Shown piece after piece: positions 12,208 through 25,038 of a stretch of DNA of 64,000 bases. A model generated the notes under the pieces. That model made no database searches and had not been told where the DNA came from. It saw only the letters and a program-made list of their open reading frames with translations. Position numbers and translations under genes: made by a program. This stretch comes from Haliotis rufescens (lineage: Eukaryota): contig NW_025963846.1 in assembly GCF_023055435.1 (NCBI RefSeq), forward strand, positions 17,422,001 to 17,486,000. Reading direction: 5' to 3'. How positions within the stretch are numbered: position 1 is the stretch's first letter; each line of letters starts with the position of its first letter.

Positions 12208-12483
12208 GGGGCACACGGGGCCAGACGCCCAAGGTGCAGCAGTTTTCTGTGCAGAGTTGTGTCCCTTGGGCACGCCAGAAACTTTATTGGTCCAATCTTG
12301 TTCGCCCCGAGGTTGTTTTAGGTTTATCAGCACTATAGCCATGCTCCTTTTGGGTTTCACCTTAGTGGTAAAAGTCTGAGACTTTTGCCTCACTTAGGGC
12401 TTTCCCCCAACATACACCTGACATGCCGTGATTTAACAGGAATAGTGTTCATATGGGTGTGAAACGTGTGAAAAACTCACTCA
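12208..12483 (+). mobile_element. SINE family C, diverged copy
   Basis: Collinear with 8965-9240 (GCAGAGTTGTGTCCCTTGGGCAC..GGGTTTCACC..GTGGTAAA..CTCACTCA). Confidence 0.75.
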
Positions 12484-14080
12484 ATGCTCCTATGAAGCCA
12501 GAACTGTAGTACTAGTGTATCCCGTGTGAAATTCGACTGGTATCCCAAGGGATCCTATATATGCGATAAGGGTGGGTAGTCCAAATCTCACTGGAATTAC
12601 TTCATCCCAATGGGATAAGGTATTTGCTAGGTGGGATCCCAGTGGGATATCAAACGAAGACGGATGTTAGACTGAGATAAGTGGATAAGGGATATCATTT
12701 GGTTGCCATGGAGATGTATAACCTGTTTGCATGAGAATGTTTATTACCACAAACCTGCCATGTACTTCCAGATACCCGATACCCGATACCCAATACCCGA
12801 TACCTGAAACCTAATACCCAATACCCAATTCTAACTTCATGTATCTATTATGATAAGAAAAAACTACAAGAAGTCAGATTAAACTTTTAAGCCAAGTAAC
12901 TTTATCAGTGAATATTTTGTAAGATGAACCTGATGAAAGGAAATTATGTCACATATCAAATTTATTTATTTTCAAATGATAATTTGGTTGTGCCAATGTT
13001 TCAATTATTGATGTATGAGTTTAATTATCATGATGATTATGATGCAAGTTCAGGTCCATGAGGGTGTATCCCAGTGTCCTGGTTTGCTTCTGTTGTCAAC
13101 TGCATGCTTTGAAATAATACAATATATATAGACAGTGCACATGCTTTTATCCAACCAGAATGTCAAGAATCACTCCTACACCGAAGTATAAACACCTGCT
13201 ACTACATGTATTTGTGGGACTTTGGTTGATATATTACGTATTTACTGACTTTTCTTTTATGTCAGCCTAATGAGCATTAATTTAATTAACTCAGCAAGTA
13301 CTCTTTGATTTAGCACCTGGTAAGGAAGGTCTATATTGTTTGGGGCATTCAACACCTCTCTTAACACCAAATTTTCCTTTCACATTTAGGAGATCTGATG
13401 ATGAAAATTGGGTCACTGTGACCTATCATCTTTCAATCAAGTCATACACTACAGTACAGTTGATGGCTGCACAGATGCATTGATAGATGTCTTGTACACT
13501 GTCTTGTGCTCAGATCATGGAATTATCCAACTTAAAACATTGGTATCAGTTGAGTCTTTATTTGGAAAATAGGTCACCACAACCTACTTTTTCTAATAAC
13601 ATGAACTACTTTCTCTGATCTGGGGTGTTTTGGTTGTATTTTTAGCCAATAAATTGGTGATTTTGAGTCAAGGTGAAAGTGAGAATATTGGACTTACGTT
13701 TGTTTTCATATTTTTCTAGTTGAATAACTTTTAATCTATGGATGATTTCATGTTTTCATGAAATTTGGCTGTTGGCTGATTTTGTCTTTAAATGATGGTT
13801 GGGAGTTTTCAATGTTGCATAGATATGTAATCTTGGCTAATGATTGTAGCAAGTCATGCCAACTGAACAACATTAGCCAATATTGTAGCTAAAATGGAAA
13901 GAATTATCATTAAACTTGTCACATGTTATCAGAAATGAGCGGGCCACTTGATAATGTCTTCATATCACGCCCGTTGTTCTATGATGTTTCCATATTTGTA
14001 AAAGTGGGTCAGTAAATGTTTCAAAACCGAAATTGATGTTTATTTGATAATAAACTCTATCCATTTTAGCAATAATAACA

Positions 14081-14418
14081 GTAACTCTATTTTTCAGGGC
14101 ATTATCATTTGCAGAAGCCCTTGGTCTTTTCAACTGCCCTCCTTCACCGGGCAGTTAATGGAAGACCTCAGGGCTTCTGCAAATGATAATGCCCTGAAAA
14201 ATAGCGTTACCCATATAACAACCAGGGTGATAAATACTAAACGTAGATATGATTCTAGAGGTGTTTTACACATACATACGTGGATACATCAAAGGAAACA
14301 TTATTTTTAGGGCATTATCGTTTGCAGAAGCCTGGGGTCTGCCATTAACTTCCTGACGAACAACAGGAGTTGAAAAGACCAAGGACTTCTGCAAATGATA
14401 ATGCCCTGAAAAATAATG
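14081..14418. repeat. Pair of about 125-bp palindromes in inverted orientation (MITE/foldback-like)
   Basis: TATTTTTCAGGGCATTATCATTTGCAGAAGCC...GGCTTCTGCAAATGATAATGCCCTGAAAAATA at 14081-14209 and again at 14297-14418. Confidence 0.88.
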
Positions 14419-14838
14419 CTAGGATTATTATAGGTAAAATGAATAGAATTTGAAGCTTATCCCAAAATGAACAAAACAACAAACAACAGCAAAAGTTCAG
14501 TGGCTGTATCAAAAACCTCAAAATGGAGGTCATTGATTTACAAATAGCAACGTCATAGAACATAACATAGGATGATGTCACAAACAAGAAATATCACTCC
14601 AATGACATCACATAACACTAGAATAGATTTCAGCCCCTTGTTAGGGAAATGGGGTCTGCTATCACAGTGGCCCCCCAGATTTCTGATAACATCCAGGCAT
14701 GTTTTTGATAATTCAGTCCATTTTAGATAAAAATGCAGTTAGTATCTGTCTTAATGTATGCATATATAGTACTTCTTTGACATGTACATGCACTTTGAAG
14801 CAAACTGTACATAATCACGTACATACACATTTAAATCT

Positions 14839-15066
14839 GTGAAGATCCGGGTCAGCAACCAAGCAGAAAAAGGTGGCTAACAGGATTGGGTGGTCAGACT
14901 CGCTGACTTGGTTGATGCATGTCATCGTATCCCAAATGCCTAGATCGATGCTCATGGTGTCAATCACTGGATTGTCTGGTCAAGACTTGATTATTTGCAG
15001 TCCGCTGTCATGTAGCTGGAATACTGCTGAGTGCGGCGTTAACAAACAAACAAACAAACAAACAAA
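14839..15066 (+). mobile_element. SINE-like family B
   Basis: GTGAAGATCCGGG..GGTGGTCAGACTCGCTGACTTGG..(AAAC)n tail. Confidence 0.85.
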
Positions 15067-15730
15067 GAATCCAATGTTTAATCTGGTCAGTGATAAGTAA
15101 GGGATATCTCCGTCATCACAAGTTGTATGTAAAGAGGGGAGTGTTAGATGTTCTAGGTGTTTTCAGGAGATACTAGCAAGTGTGATATCTGTGTAGAGTA
15201 TGTCAATGACTTTGATTCAGTCATTTCCCAGTATGCATGCATGCAATCCCACCCCCATGTTGTGCTTGTGAGACGAGGTTGTGCATGACCCGCCCCGTGT
15301 TATGACCAGGGAGGACCTGCTTGATGCATGTTATAAATCCTGTATATGTCCCACGTTTGGCTTTTGTCACTTGAAAAATATGTAACAAATATCAGATATT
15401 ATATCTAAAATAACAAATTTTAATAATAATTTAAATTCTTTATTACAAGCTTTCCTTTTTCATTGTTCTTACAAATACTTAATCAATGATAAATTATGTG
15501 ACTGTTGCACTTGTATGATCGTCCGCTTTGTACAGTGATATCTATTTCAAGTAATGAGAACATGTGATCTCAGCATCAGTAAGTAAGGGAGGCTGTCATT
15601 CACAATAAGAGAGTTCCTCATGTCATAACATCTACACGTCATACTTGGGCGCTGAAGGCTTATAAAATTGTGCTGTCTACCCCGCGTGCCTCCCTTTGCA
15701 CAAGCGTTTAAATAATTAGTTTCCCACAAG

Positions 15731-15847
15731 GAGGCGCTGTGAAGAAAGCGATGCATAAAGCTGAACCCGTCCAGAATTATGAAAACTTTCCCGTGCCAGG
15801 AAGCCACAAGGATGCATACGAGAACTTTCCCCCGTTAATTACGCAAG
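15731..15847 (+). CDS. Exon B of plus-strand signalling protein
   Basis: tttcccacaag acceptor, G|gtaaag donor, 117 nt, phase 1-1: GGAVKKAMHKAEPVQNYENFPVPGSHKDAYENFPPLITQ; absent from the ORF track. Confidence 0.8.
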
Positions 15848-16110
15848 GTAAAGTCTGCTGCATAACGATGCTGCTGTTTTAACTTTTGCATGTTGGTTTG
15901 GATGAATTTAGATATATTTTCATACTTCGGTTGGTGCTTGTTGTAACTATTGAATACTTCAACTTAAAAACATATTTGAATGAATTACAAATGATGGCAT
16001 GCATTGTTCTGAGAAGGTATGAACTTTGGACATGTATTATTGTATTGTAGATATTTCTTTCAAGATGGACCATACATTATCCATCTCCGTCAACATTGGT
16101 GCCCTTTTCA

Positions 16111-19025
16111 TGGGGTGGGGATGGAGCAGGTGGGGTGGGGATGAAGCAGATGGGGTGGGGATGGAGCAGGTGGGGTGGGGATGAAGCAGATGGGCTGGGG
16201 ATGGAGGAGGTGGGGTGGGGATGAAGCAGGTGGGGTGGGGATGAAGCAGATGGGGTGGGGATGAAGCAGATGGAGTGGGGATGAAGCAGATGGGCTGGGG
16301 ATGGAGGAGGTGGGGTGGGGATGAAGCAGGAGGGGTGGGGATGAAGCAGATGGGGTGGGGATGAAGCAGATGGAGTGGGGATGAAGCAGATGGGCTGGGG
16401 ATGGAGGAGGTGGGGTGGGGATGAAGCAGGAGGGGTGGGGATGAAGCAGGAGGGGTGGGGATGAAGCAGGTGGAGTGGGGATGAAGCAGGAGGGGTGGGG
16501 ATGGAGGAGGTGGGGTGGGGATGAAGCAGATGGGGTGGGGATGAAGCAGATGGGCTGGGGATGGAGGAGGTGGGGTGGGGATGGAGGAGGTGGGGTGGGG
16601 ATGAAGCAGGAGGGGTGGGGATGAAGCAGGAGGGGTGGGGATGAAGCAGGAGGGGTGGGGATGAAGCAGGTGGGGTGGGGATGAAGCAGGAGGGGTGGGG
16701 ATGAAGCAGGTGGGGTGGGGATGGAGCAGGTGGCGTGGGGATGGAGCAGGTAGGGTGGGGATGGAGCAGGTAGGGTGGGGATGGAGCAGGTGGGGTGGGG
16801 ATGAAGCAGGTGGGGTGGGGATGAAGCAGGAGGGGTGGGGATGAAGCAGGTGGGGTGGGGATGGAGCAGGTGGGGTGGGGATGGAGCAGGTAGGGTGGGG
16901 ATGAAGCAGGTGGGGTGGGGATGGAGCAGGTGGGGTGGGGATGAAGCAGGAGGGGTGGGGATGAAGCAGGAAGGGTGGGGATGGAGCAGGTGGGGTGGGG
17001 ATGAAGCAGGAAGGGTGGGGATGAAGCAGGTGGGGTGGGGATGAAGCAGGAGGGGTGGGGATAGAGGAGGTGGGGTGGGGATGAAGCAGATGGGGTGGGG
17101 ATGAAGCAGATGGGCTGGGGATGGAGGAGGTGGGATGGGGATGGAGGAGGTGGGGTGGGGATGAAGCAGGAGGGATGGGGATGAAGCAGGTGGGGTGGGG
17201 ATGAAGCAGGAGGGGTGGGGATGAAGGAGGTGGGGTGGGATGAAGCAGATGGGCTGGGGATGAAGCAGGAGGGGTGGGGATGGAGGAGGTGGGGTGGGGA
17301 TGAAGCAGATGGGGAAGGGATGAAGCAGATGGGCTGGGGATGGAGGAGGTGGGGTGGGGATGGAGCAGGTGGGCTGGGGATGAAGCAGATGGGCTGGGGA
17401 TGGAGGAGATGGGATGGGGATGGCGCAGATGGGGTGGGGATGAAGCAGGTGGGGTGGGGATGGAGCAGATGGGGTGGGGATGGAGCAGGTGGGGTGGGGA
17501 TGGAGCAGATGGGGTGGGGATGGAGCAGGTGGGGTGGGGATCGAGCAGGTTTGGGTGGAAATGAAGCAGGTAGGGTGGGGATGGAGGAGGTGGGGTGGGA
17601 TGAAGCAGGTGGGGTGGGGATGGAGCAGGAGGGGTGGAGATGAAGCAGGTTGGGTGGAGATGGAGGAGGTGGGGTGGGGATGAAGCAGATGGGATGTGGA
17701 TGAAGCAGGTGGGGTGGGGATGGAGGAGGTGGGGTGGGATGAAGCAGGTGGGGTGGGGATGAAGCAGGTGGGGTGGGGATGAAGCAGTTGTGCTTGGGAT
17801 GGAGAAGGTAGGGTGGGGATGGAGCAGGTGGGATGGGGATGAAGCAGGTGGGGTGGGGATGAAGCAGGTGGGGTGGGGATGGAGGAGGTAGGGTGGGGAT
17901 GGAGCAGGTTGGGTGGGGATGGAGCAGATGGGCTGGGGATGGAGCAGATGGGGTGGGGATGGAACAGTTGGGGTGGGGATGGAGCAGGTGGGGTGGGGAT
18001 GAAGCAGGTGGGGTGGGGATGGAGGAGGTGGGGTGGGGATGAAGCAGGTGGGGTGGGGATGAAGCAGGAGGGATGGGGATGGAGGAGGTAGGGTGGGTAT
18101 GGAGCAGGTGGGGTGAGGATGATGCAGGTGGGGTGGAGATGGAGGAGGTGGGGTGGGGATGAAGCAGGTGGGGTGGGGATGGAGGAGGTAGGGTGGGGAT
18201 GGAGCAGGTTGGGTGGGGATGGAGCAGATGGGCTGGGGATGGAGCAGATGGGGTGGGGATGGAACAGTTGGGGTGGGGATGGAGCAGGTGGGGTGGGGAT
18301 GAAGCAGGTGGGGTGGGGATGGAGGAGGTGGGGTGGGGATGAAGCAGGTGGGGTGGGGATGAAGCAGGAGGGGTGGGGATGGAGGAGGTAGGGTGGGTAT
18401 GGAGCAGGTGGGGTGAGGATGATGCAGGTGGGGTGGAGATGGAGGAGGTGGGGTGGGAATGAAGCAGGTGGGGTTGGGATGAAGCAGGTCGGTTGGGGAT
18501 GGAGCAGGTCGGTTGGGGATGGAGGAGGTGGGGTGGGGATGAAGCAGGTGGGGTGGGGATGGAGCAGGTCGGTTGGGGATGGAGCAGGTGGGGTGGGGAT
18601 GAAGCAGGTTGGGATGAAGCAGGTGGGGTGGGGATGAAGTAGGTGGGGTGGGGATGGAGCAGGTGGGGTGGGGATGGAGCAGGTGGGGTGGGGATGGAGC
18701 AGGTCGGTTGGGGATGGAGCAGGTGGGGTGGGGATGAAGCAGGTTGGGATGAAGCAGGTGGGGTGGGGATGAAGTAGGTGGGGTGGGGATGGAGCAGGTG
18801 GGGTGGGGATGGAGCAGGTAGGGTGGGGATGAAGCAGGTTGGGATGAAGCAGGTGGGGTGGGGATGGAGCAGGTGGGGTGGGGATGGAGCAGGAGGGGTG
18901 GGGATGAAGCAGGTGGGGTGGGGATGGAGCAGGTGGGGTGGGGATGAAGCAGGTGGGGTGGGGATGGAGCAGGTGGGGTGGGGATGAAGCAGGTCGGGTG
19001 GGGATGGAGCAGGTGGGGTGGGGAC
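16111..19025. repeat. 20-bp G-rich minisatellite, about 145 copies
   Basis: GGGGTGGGGATG(A/G)AGCAGGT tandem array. Confidence 0.97.
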
Positions 19026-19319
19026 AGAGCGGGTTAGGTTTGATGTTGTATTTAAAGAGTCTTTTTATTTGTATTTCTTTTTACTCTTGGTAAGAACATT
19101 AACCTCAAATCAACCCTTGCAACAGTTTGTTTTTCTGGTGCTTGTTCCTGTCAGTTAATTATTTTTGTTGGAACTGAAACCTGGAAGTGTTTGAGTTCAC
19201 ATATGCCAAAGCAAGGGTGACGGTTGAGGTAGTTGATGGGAACAATTGAGGCTCAACTCGAAGCCAAGTTTCAGCAGCAATTTAGCAATTGAGTAGCCAG
19301 AGCATTATGGTACATGTAA

Positions 19320-20035
19320 TTCATGACTGGGCCATCCTTGCTATGGCAATCCATGACTTGCTCATCGTTGCTATGGTAATTCATGACTTGGTCATCGTTG
19401 CTATGGCAATCCGTGACTTGGTCATCCTTGCTATGGCAATCCATGACTTGGTAATCGTTGCTATGGTAATTCTTGACTGGGTCATTGTTGCTATGGCAAT
19501 CCATGACTTGGTCATTGTTGCTATGGTTATTCTTGACTGGGTCATCGTTGCTATGGCAATCCATGACTTGGTCATTGTTGCTATGGTTTTTCTTGACTGG
19601 GTCATCGTTGCTATGGCAATCCATGACTTGGTCATCGTTGCCATGGTAATTCTTGACTGGGTCATCGTTGCTATGATAAGTAATTACTATTATCGTTGCT
19701 TTGGTAATTCGTGACTGTATCATCCTTGCTATGGCAATCCATAACTTGGTCATCGTTGCTATGGTAATTCTAGACTGGGTCATCGTTGCTATGATAAGTA
19801 ATTACTATTATTGTTGCTTTTGTAATTCGTGACTGGGTCATCGTTGCTATGGTAATTCATGACTGGATCATTGTTGCTATGGTAATTCATGACTGGGTCA
19901 TCGTTGTTATGGTAGTTCATGACTGGGCTATCATTGTTAAGGTAATTCACAACCAGACCATTGTTGCTATGGTAAAATTCGAGACTGGGCAATCGTTGCT
20001 GTAGTAATTCACAACTAGTACATATGTTGCTATGG
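19320..20035. repeat. 30-bp tandem minisatellite carrying X-box-like motifs
   Basis: CATGACTTGGTCATCGTTGCTATGG(C/T)AAT(C/T), about 22 copies. Confidence 0.93.
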
Positions 20036-20819
20036 TTATAGCACGCTATAACCAAGTTAACACTGTATTGAAGTGTGCAATAGAGAGGGAACACTGTACC
20101 AGTCTTGCAGTTTGGTTGTACTGTCACTTGTATTTTAGTTATAGGTTTACAGATTTCTCTAAAGTGATTTAATTTGAGAAGGTTAAAATATATATACGGA
20201 GATAAACTGAAACTGAAATTTCTTGTGGCATAACATTGAACTGATTGGTCAGTCTGGCAGGACTCAGAATACTGATGTAAAAGATTCTTCACTTAATCTG
20301 CACTGTGCCTTAAATTTGAATTTATTTTTATTTTTTGTGACACATTGTTCGTCAATCCATGAACCTATTGTTTTCCTTGAAATCTTGGAATACATTCTAA
20401 ATTTATGATGACTACCTGTTGCAAATGATAATGAACCAGCAAGAGGGTTTGTTCAGTGACCACATAGTGGACGAGTCCAAATTTACGACCTGGCTACTCG
20501 ACTCCCTATTACCAAACTCTACCGGGTACCCACTGTAGATGTAGACACATGTATACCACAGACTGAAGTTGATTGAAGCTTTATCTTAACTCAAAGATAT
20601 GAAATGTGCGCACAGTCAGAAAGAAATGCAAACATGAATGATGTTTATTGTTTTTGTAATTAAACAATATTTCATGTGACCAACCACGGGTCCGGGTGGT
20701 CCTGTGGGTACCCGGGTCGTACTCAGGACCCACTTGACCCAAGTACCCGAGATAACCGTCCCATCCCAACAATAGAGACTGTTATAAGAATGTTCTGGCC
20801 ACTATGTTATAGCCCAGGA

Positions 20820-21090
20820 ACCCTGTAGGGATTCCAGGTTAGAATTGGTCCCTAGCAGCCTGTGTTAGCCATGAGAGGCTTCTTAATGGACCAGATGATC
20901 AGCTGGGGTGGATTGTGTGTCATGGCAGCCCAATTTAGGATTGAAGTTGTATTTGTTGACGTTCATCAGCTCATGAAGACAGTGACTCACGTGAGCAAAT
21001 TGCATGATGTGCGAAGCCATTGCTTGTTGCTGGTTGCTGTCATGTAGCTGGAATATTGCTGAGTGCAGTGGTATTTTTAAACAACAAACA
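20820..21090 (+). mobile_element. SINE-like family B, old diverged copy
   Basis: CCAGGTTAGAATTGGTC..CATGTAGCTGGAATATTGCTGAGTG..AAACAACAAAC. Confidence 0.6.
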
Positions 21091-21570
21091 ATCTCAGCCC
21101 ACAATGACTGTTGTAAGGTCACACTTTTATTTTGATATTGACAAAGTTTGCTAACCAGTTAAGTTAGTTGTGTCCATCAAAATAAAAATATACAACAAAT
21201 TGTGCAGCTCAATATTTTGTATTTTATGTGGCATGAAGGTGCGTGGGTTGGTTAGTCAAGTGGGATGTTTTACAGGTTAACATGTATATATTATATGTGA
21301 AGTTATGTAATGTCAAAAACATTAATAGTTACTTTAAGTTATCTATAAATTTTGTAATTCTATCTTCTTAATTTCTTAATCCATCATTGATTGGATTCTC
21401 AGGCATATGGTCATAAATTTCAGAATATATTTATTATGTTTTCTGATAACACTTAAGCCTCAGATCAGTTGAAGCCGTAACTGAAAAATATAACAGTTTT
21501 GCTTAGTTGCCACTTGATTGTTCTGATGTATAAACTGTGTACTGACCACCTTGCTTCTTCTGTTCAACAG

Positions 21571-21605
21571 AGCATGCAACAACAGGCCCAGAGAGCCCCA
21601 CTTAT
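21571..21605 (+). CDS. Exon C of plus-strand signalling protein
   Basis: cttcttctgttcaacag acceptor, gtaagt donor, 35 nt, phase 1-0: EHATTGPESPTY. Confidence 0.75.
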
Positions 21606-22037
21606 GTAAGTGTTAACTCATCTTTTCTGTGAGTGAGTAGGGTTTTGTGCATCATCAGTGCATCACAGGTTTGTACACACTACCTTCGTCCATCACGTGT
21701 GAATACATATGACCACTTTGGAGTGTAATAATCATGTGTGTCTATTTTCATGTATAACTCAAAGAAGTCAAACGAGCCCTTATAAATCCGCCTGGGAACT
21801 TTGTGAAGCAGTGTGGACAGTCAAGTCTGCAAGGCTATGGCACATGAGGCACTAGAAACATTGCTGATGTCATCTGAGTGCTCATTGGTCGCACCACTGG
21901 CTATTTCCGTCTCGATGGAACCAGGCCATGGCTTGGTTCGTTGATTAAAATGTCCAACTACATCGCAAACTTAAGCTGCCATATGTATTCATGGATGATG
22001 GAAGAACCAAGTGTTGTCTCTACAAACCTGTGAAGTA

Positions 22038-22290
22038 CCGTATTGGACATAATAAGCACCCAGGGCAAAAAAAATTAGAAATAGAGGGCTCTTATTAGAA
22101 AATTATTTTGATGAAAAACAACAGAGTTGAAAGATCGTGAATTTCGTGGTTTATACTGACAGCCTGAAATGTTTATATACGACGGATATATGTTTCCAGA
22201 ATTTAATTTCCCATAATTAAGGATGCATATAACACACGTATTATACACGAATAGATAAGTCTTGTGTACATTGATCAATCGGAAAGGGTG
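22038..22290 (+). mobile_element. Left part of a Tc1/mariner-superfamily (pogo-like) non-autonomous element
   Basis: CCGTATTGGACATAATAAGCACCCAGGGC and following sequence near-identical to the element at 40104-40430. Confidence 0.7.
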
Positions 22291-24270
22291 TAATTCAGTG
22301 TCCAACCCAGACTGCACAATTGCGTGATTCACGCTAAAAAAAATCAAATCACCCCTCATAAAAAACTCAAAGCGCGATCTGTCGCGCACAGTAATTTCTT
22401 GTACAGTCACTTACTTTATCAGCTGTTAATCCCTACCTTTAGATTCAATACTCACTAAATCTTTAATCAATTAACGAAGAAAGACAGTTCACAGCAATTA
22501 TTGTAAAAAACTGTCAAAGACCGATCGATAATAACCGGAATTTCGAACATGAGTTACGTCCCTTGGGTTGCTGAATAAATGATTGACAGGATTTGCATAG
22601 GAAACAAAATTTAATTTACTTTAGTAGAAAGCGTATCAAAACTTTGATCAAAATTATATTGTTATTTGTTGTTTAGTAATCAAAAACCTTTGACAAGATG
22701 TTAAAATACAATAAATATTCTATCTTGAATAGTTCTGAAAATATTTTTGAGCATTTTAGTTCGTTTCAGTTTCGTTTCTGAAATCACTCAATATGAATCA
22801 CCGACTGTCATTGCAGACGATCTTTTGAAAAGTGAAAATGTCGCGGATGGGGAGTCATCAGTGCATCATAGATGCATTGATGTCACTTTGACATTGATAG
22901 GCTGGGTTTGTTTGTGGACCATTGGAGCACCATTGAAATTGGTTGGAGGTTACCGACTTATTTACTCAACATTTGTAATCATACAGTTGAAACAGACCTT
23001 TGTTACCATGTTATCTTGAACTAAGACTTGAAACCTTAGCACTTTCTATCTCCTGGAACAAAGTTGACTCTTCCCACTATCAGGAACTAAGCATAGAGAA
23101 ACTGTAGCCTCCACGGCCTCCAGATATCAATCGTAACACTACGACTGTCGTAACTGCCATACGATTTCTAGGGCATTGCTAAGTTACGATAGTCGTAGCA
23201 GTGTACGAAATGTATGCATGAAAGTCCCTTATGTTAAAAGGTAAAGATTTAGGGGTCCTTAGATTCAATATAGGGTTTCACCTTGTCTTACATATATGGG
23301 GGTAGGGGACTCCGAGGGATTAATTTCAAGGGTTGTTGCAGGCAATGTCCTTTAATGATGATAATGGTGTAGTGTACTGTACATTAGATAATTACTTAAG
23401 AGCCTGGAATGAATCAAATGATTATGTGGACAGTGGTCATGCTTGATGGATGCAAATTGCCATATTTGGTGAAGATACACTATCTAGCGTCTTGTTTACA
23501 TATTAGGAACTATCTATTTCTATTAGTGTAAACAAATTGTTGGAAGATTGAACAATGGTATAACATTAAAGCTAACGGAACACTGTTATAACAGATGAAC
23601 AGATTCCATGCTGCTAAATCCATTTTAGCTGTGCCTAGTGCCTTCTTCTAATGCCAGCACTTCTCTTCTTTGGTAGGGCTGTGTATTGGCAAACAATCAC
23701 ATTGCAATATATTGCGATTCAGGTATAAATCTTATTATGGGACACCAATGTACATGCAGATCCCATTTCTACAGTAAATATTACTCAATATTTGTGCAGC
23801 ATTAAAAAGTCATGGATGCAGGGGAGATAACAATACGAGAGAAAAATCACTTCCGCATTTCAGCGTTTGGGCAATCAATTTTGAAGGGAAACATCATTTG
23901 TGGATCAATGTCTGTGTAAATTGTTAGTTAAACGATTCAAATACTAATGTTAGTTATTGTTTACCCAATGTACTGGAACACAGAGAGAATATTGCAAAAC
24001 TTATCATTTGAAAAGCATATTGCGGTATACCGTGCAGCCCTATTGTTTGGTATGTTCTGGTTCACACATTGCTGGTTTAGAAGGCAGCTGGTCTTTGTCA
24101 GCACAGGCATATTCAATTGCTTCACGTTGTTTGTCTTTGGGCACCATATTGACACTTTAGCTGAATAACCACATGGACGGACATTAATATCTTTGATAAT
24201 GTAACATTGATATCCTTTTACATCCTACTTTTTGTAAACATTTCAGCATGTATATATATTTACCTGATGA

Positions 24271-24433
24271 GTGAGGGAGTATGGTTTTACGCCGCTTTAA
24301 GCAATATTCCAGCAATATGATGGCGGGGGACACCAGAAATGGGCTTCACACATTGTACCCATGTTGGGAATCAAACCCGGGTCTTCGGCGTGATGAGCTA
24401 ACGCTTTAACCACTTTTCTACCCGACCGCCCCT
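24271..24433 (-). mobile_element. tRNA-derived SINE, family A, with 9-bp TSD
   Basis: Full-length reverse copy; ACCTGATGA duplicated at 24262-24270 and 24435-24443. Confidence 0.9.
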
Positions 24434-24995
24434 CACCTGATGAAGGGGCAAGAGGTAGCCAAGAAATGTTGTTACAACAATACAGAACTTGTTATCCATG
24501 AAAGTTTGATGTCCTCATGTTCTTTCAACTTCTAAATGTCTGTTGAAGACTTCATGTAAGATAGGGTTGTCACGATTAGACTATGCTTCGATACGTCGTA
24601 ACTTTACATGATACACATGCCAATGTATTAATTCATGTTTTGCAATAATAAATGTTCACTTCATTTTGCAATAACCCACCAGATAACCATTCGGACTTGT
24701 TACCTTACAGTGTATCATGAAACAAAATGCTACATTTAATGCCCAAAATTATCAGAACAACCCTTTATTAACCATTCATGCAAGTTAACACAAAGTGCTG
24801 GATACCAACAACCATGTGTTAGCGAAGTCAGATGTAACATGGGAGTATTTCACACACAAATGGTACCAATTGAGTGTCACGATAATTGAGGTAAGCCTAT
24901 CATGACACCACTAAATGTAAATATTGTTGTATTTTTTTCAAGTAGATATGAGTAGTTGTGATATGATGAGCTAGTAGTATCTTGTGCTGCTTCAG

Positions 24996-25038
24996 GACTT
25001 TGCCCCAGAGTTGCCATCTCGAGGGTACGAGAAGGAGG
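24996..25038 (+). CDS. Exon D of plus-strand signalling protein
   Basis: cttgtgctgcttcag acceptor, G|gtgagt donor, 43 nt, phase 0-1: DFAPELPSRGYEKE; exactly bridges the phases of exons C and E. Confidence 0.78.

Noticed and set aside
16835-18987. Gly/Trp-rich ORFs
   Set aside because: Translations of the 20-bp G-rich array, whose unit is not a multiple of 3
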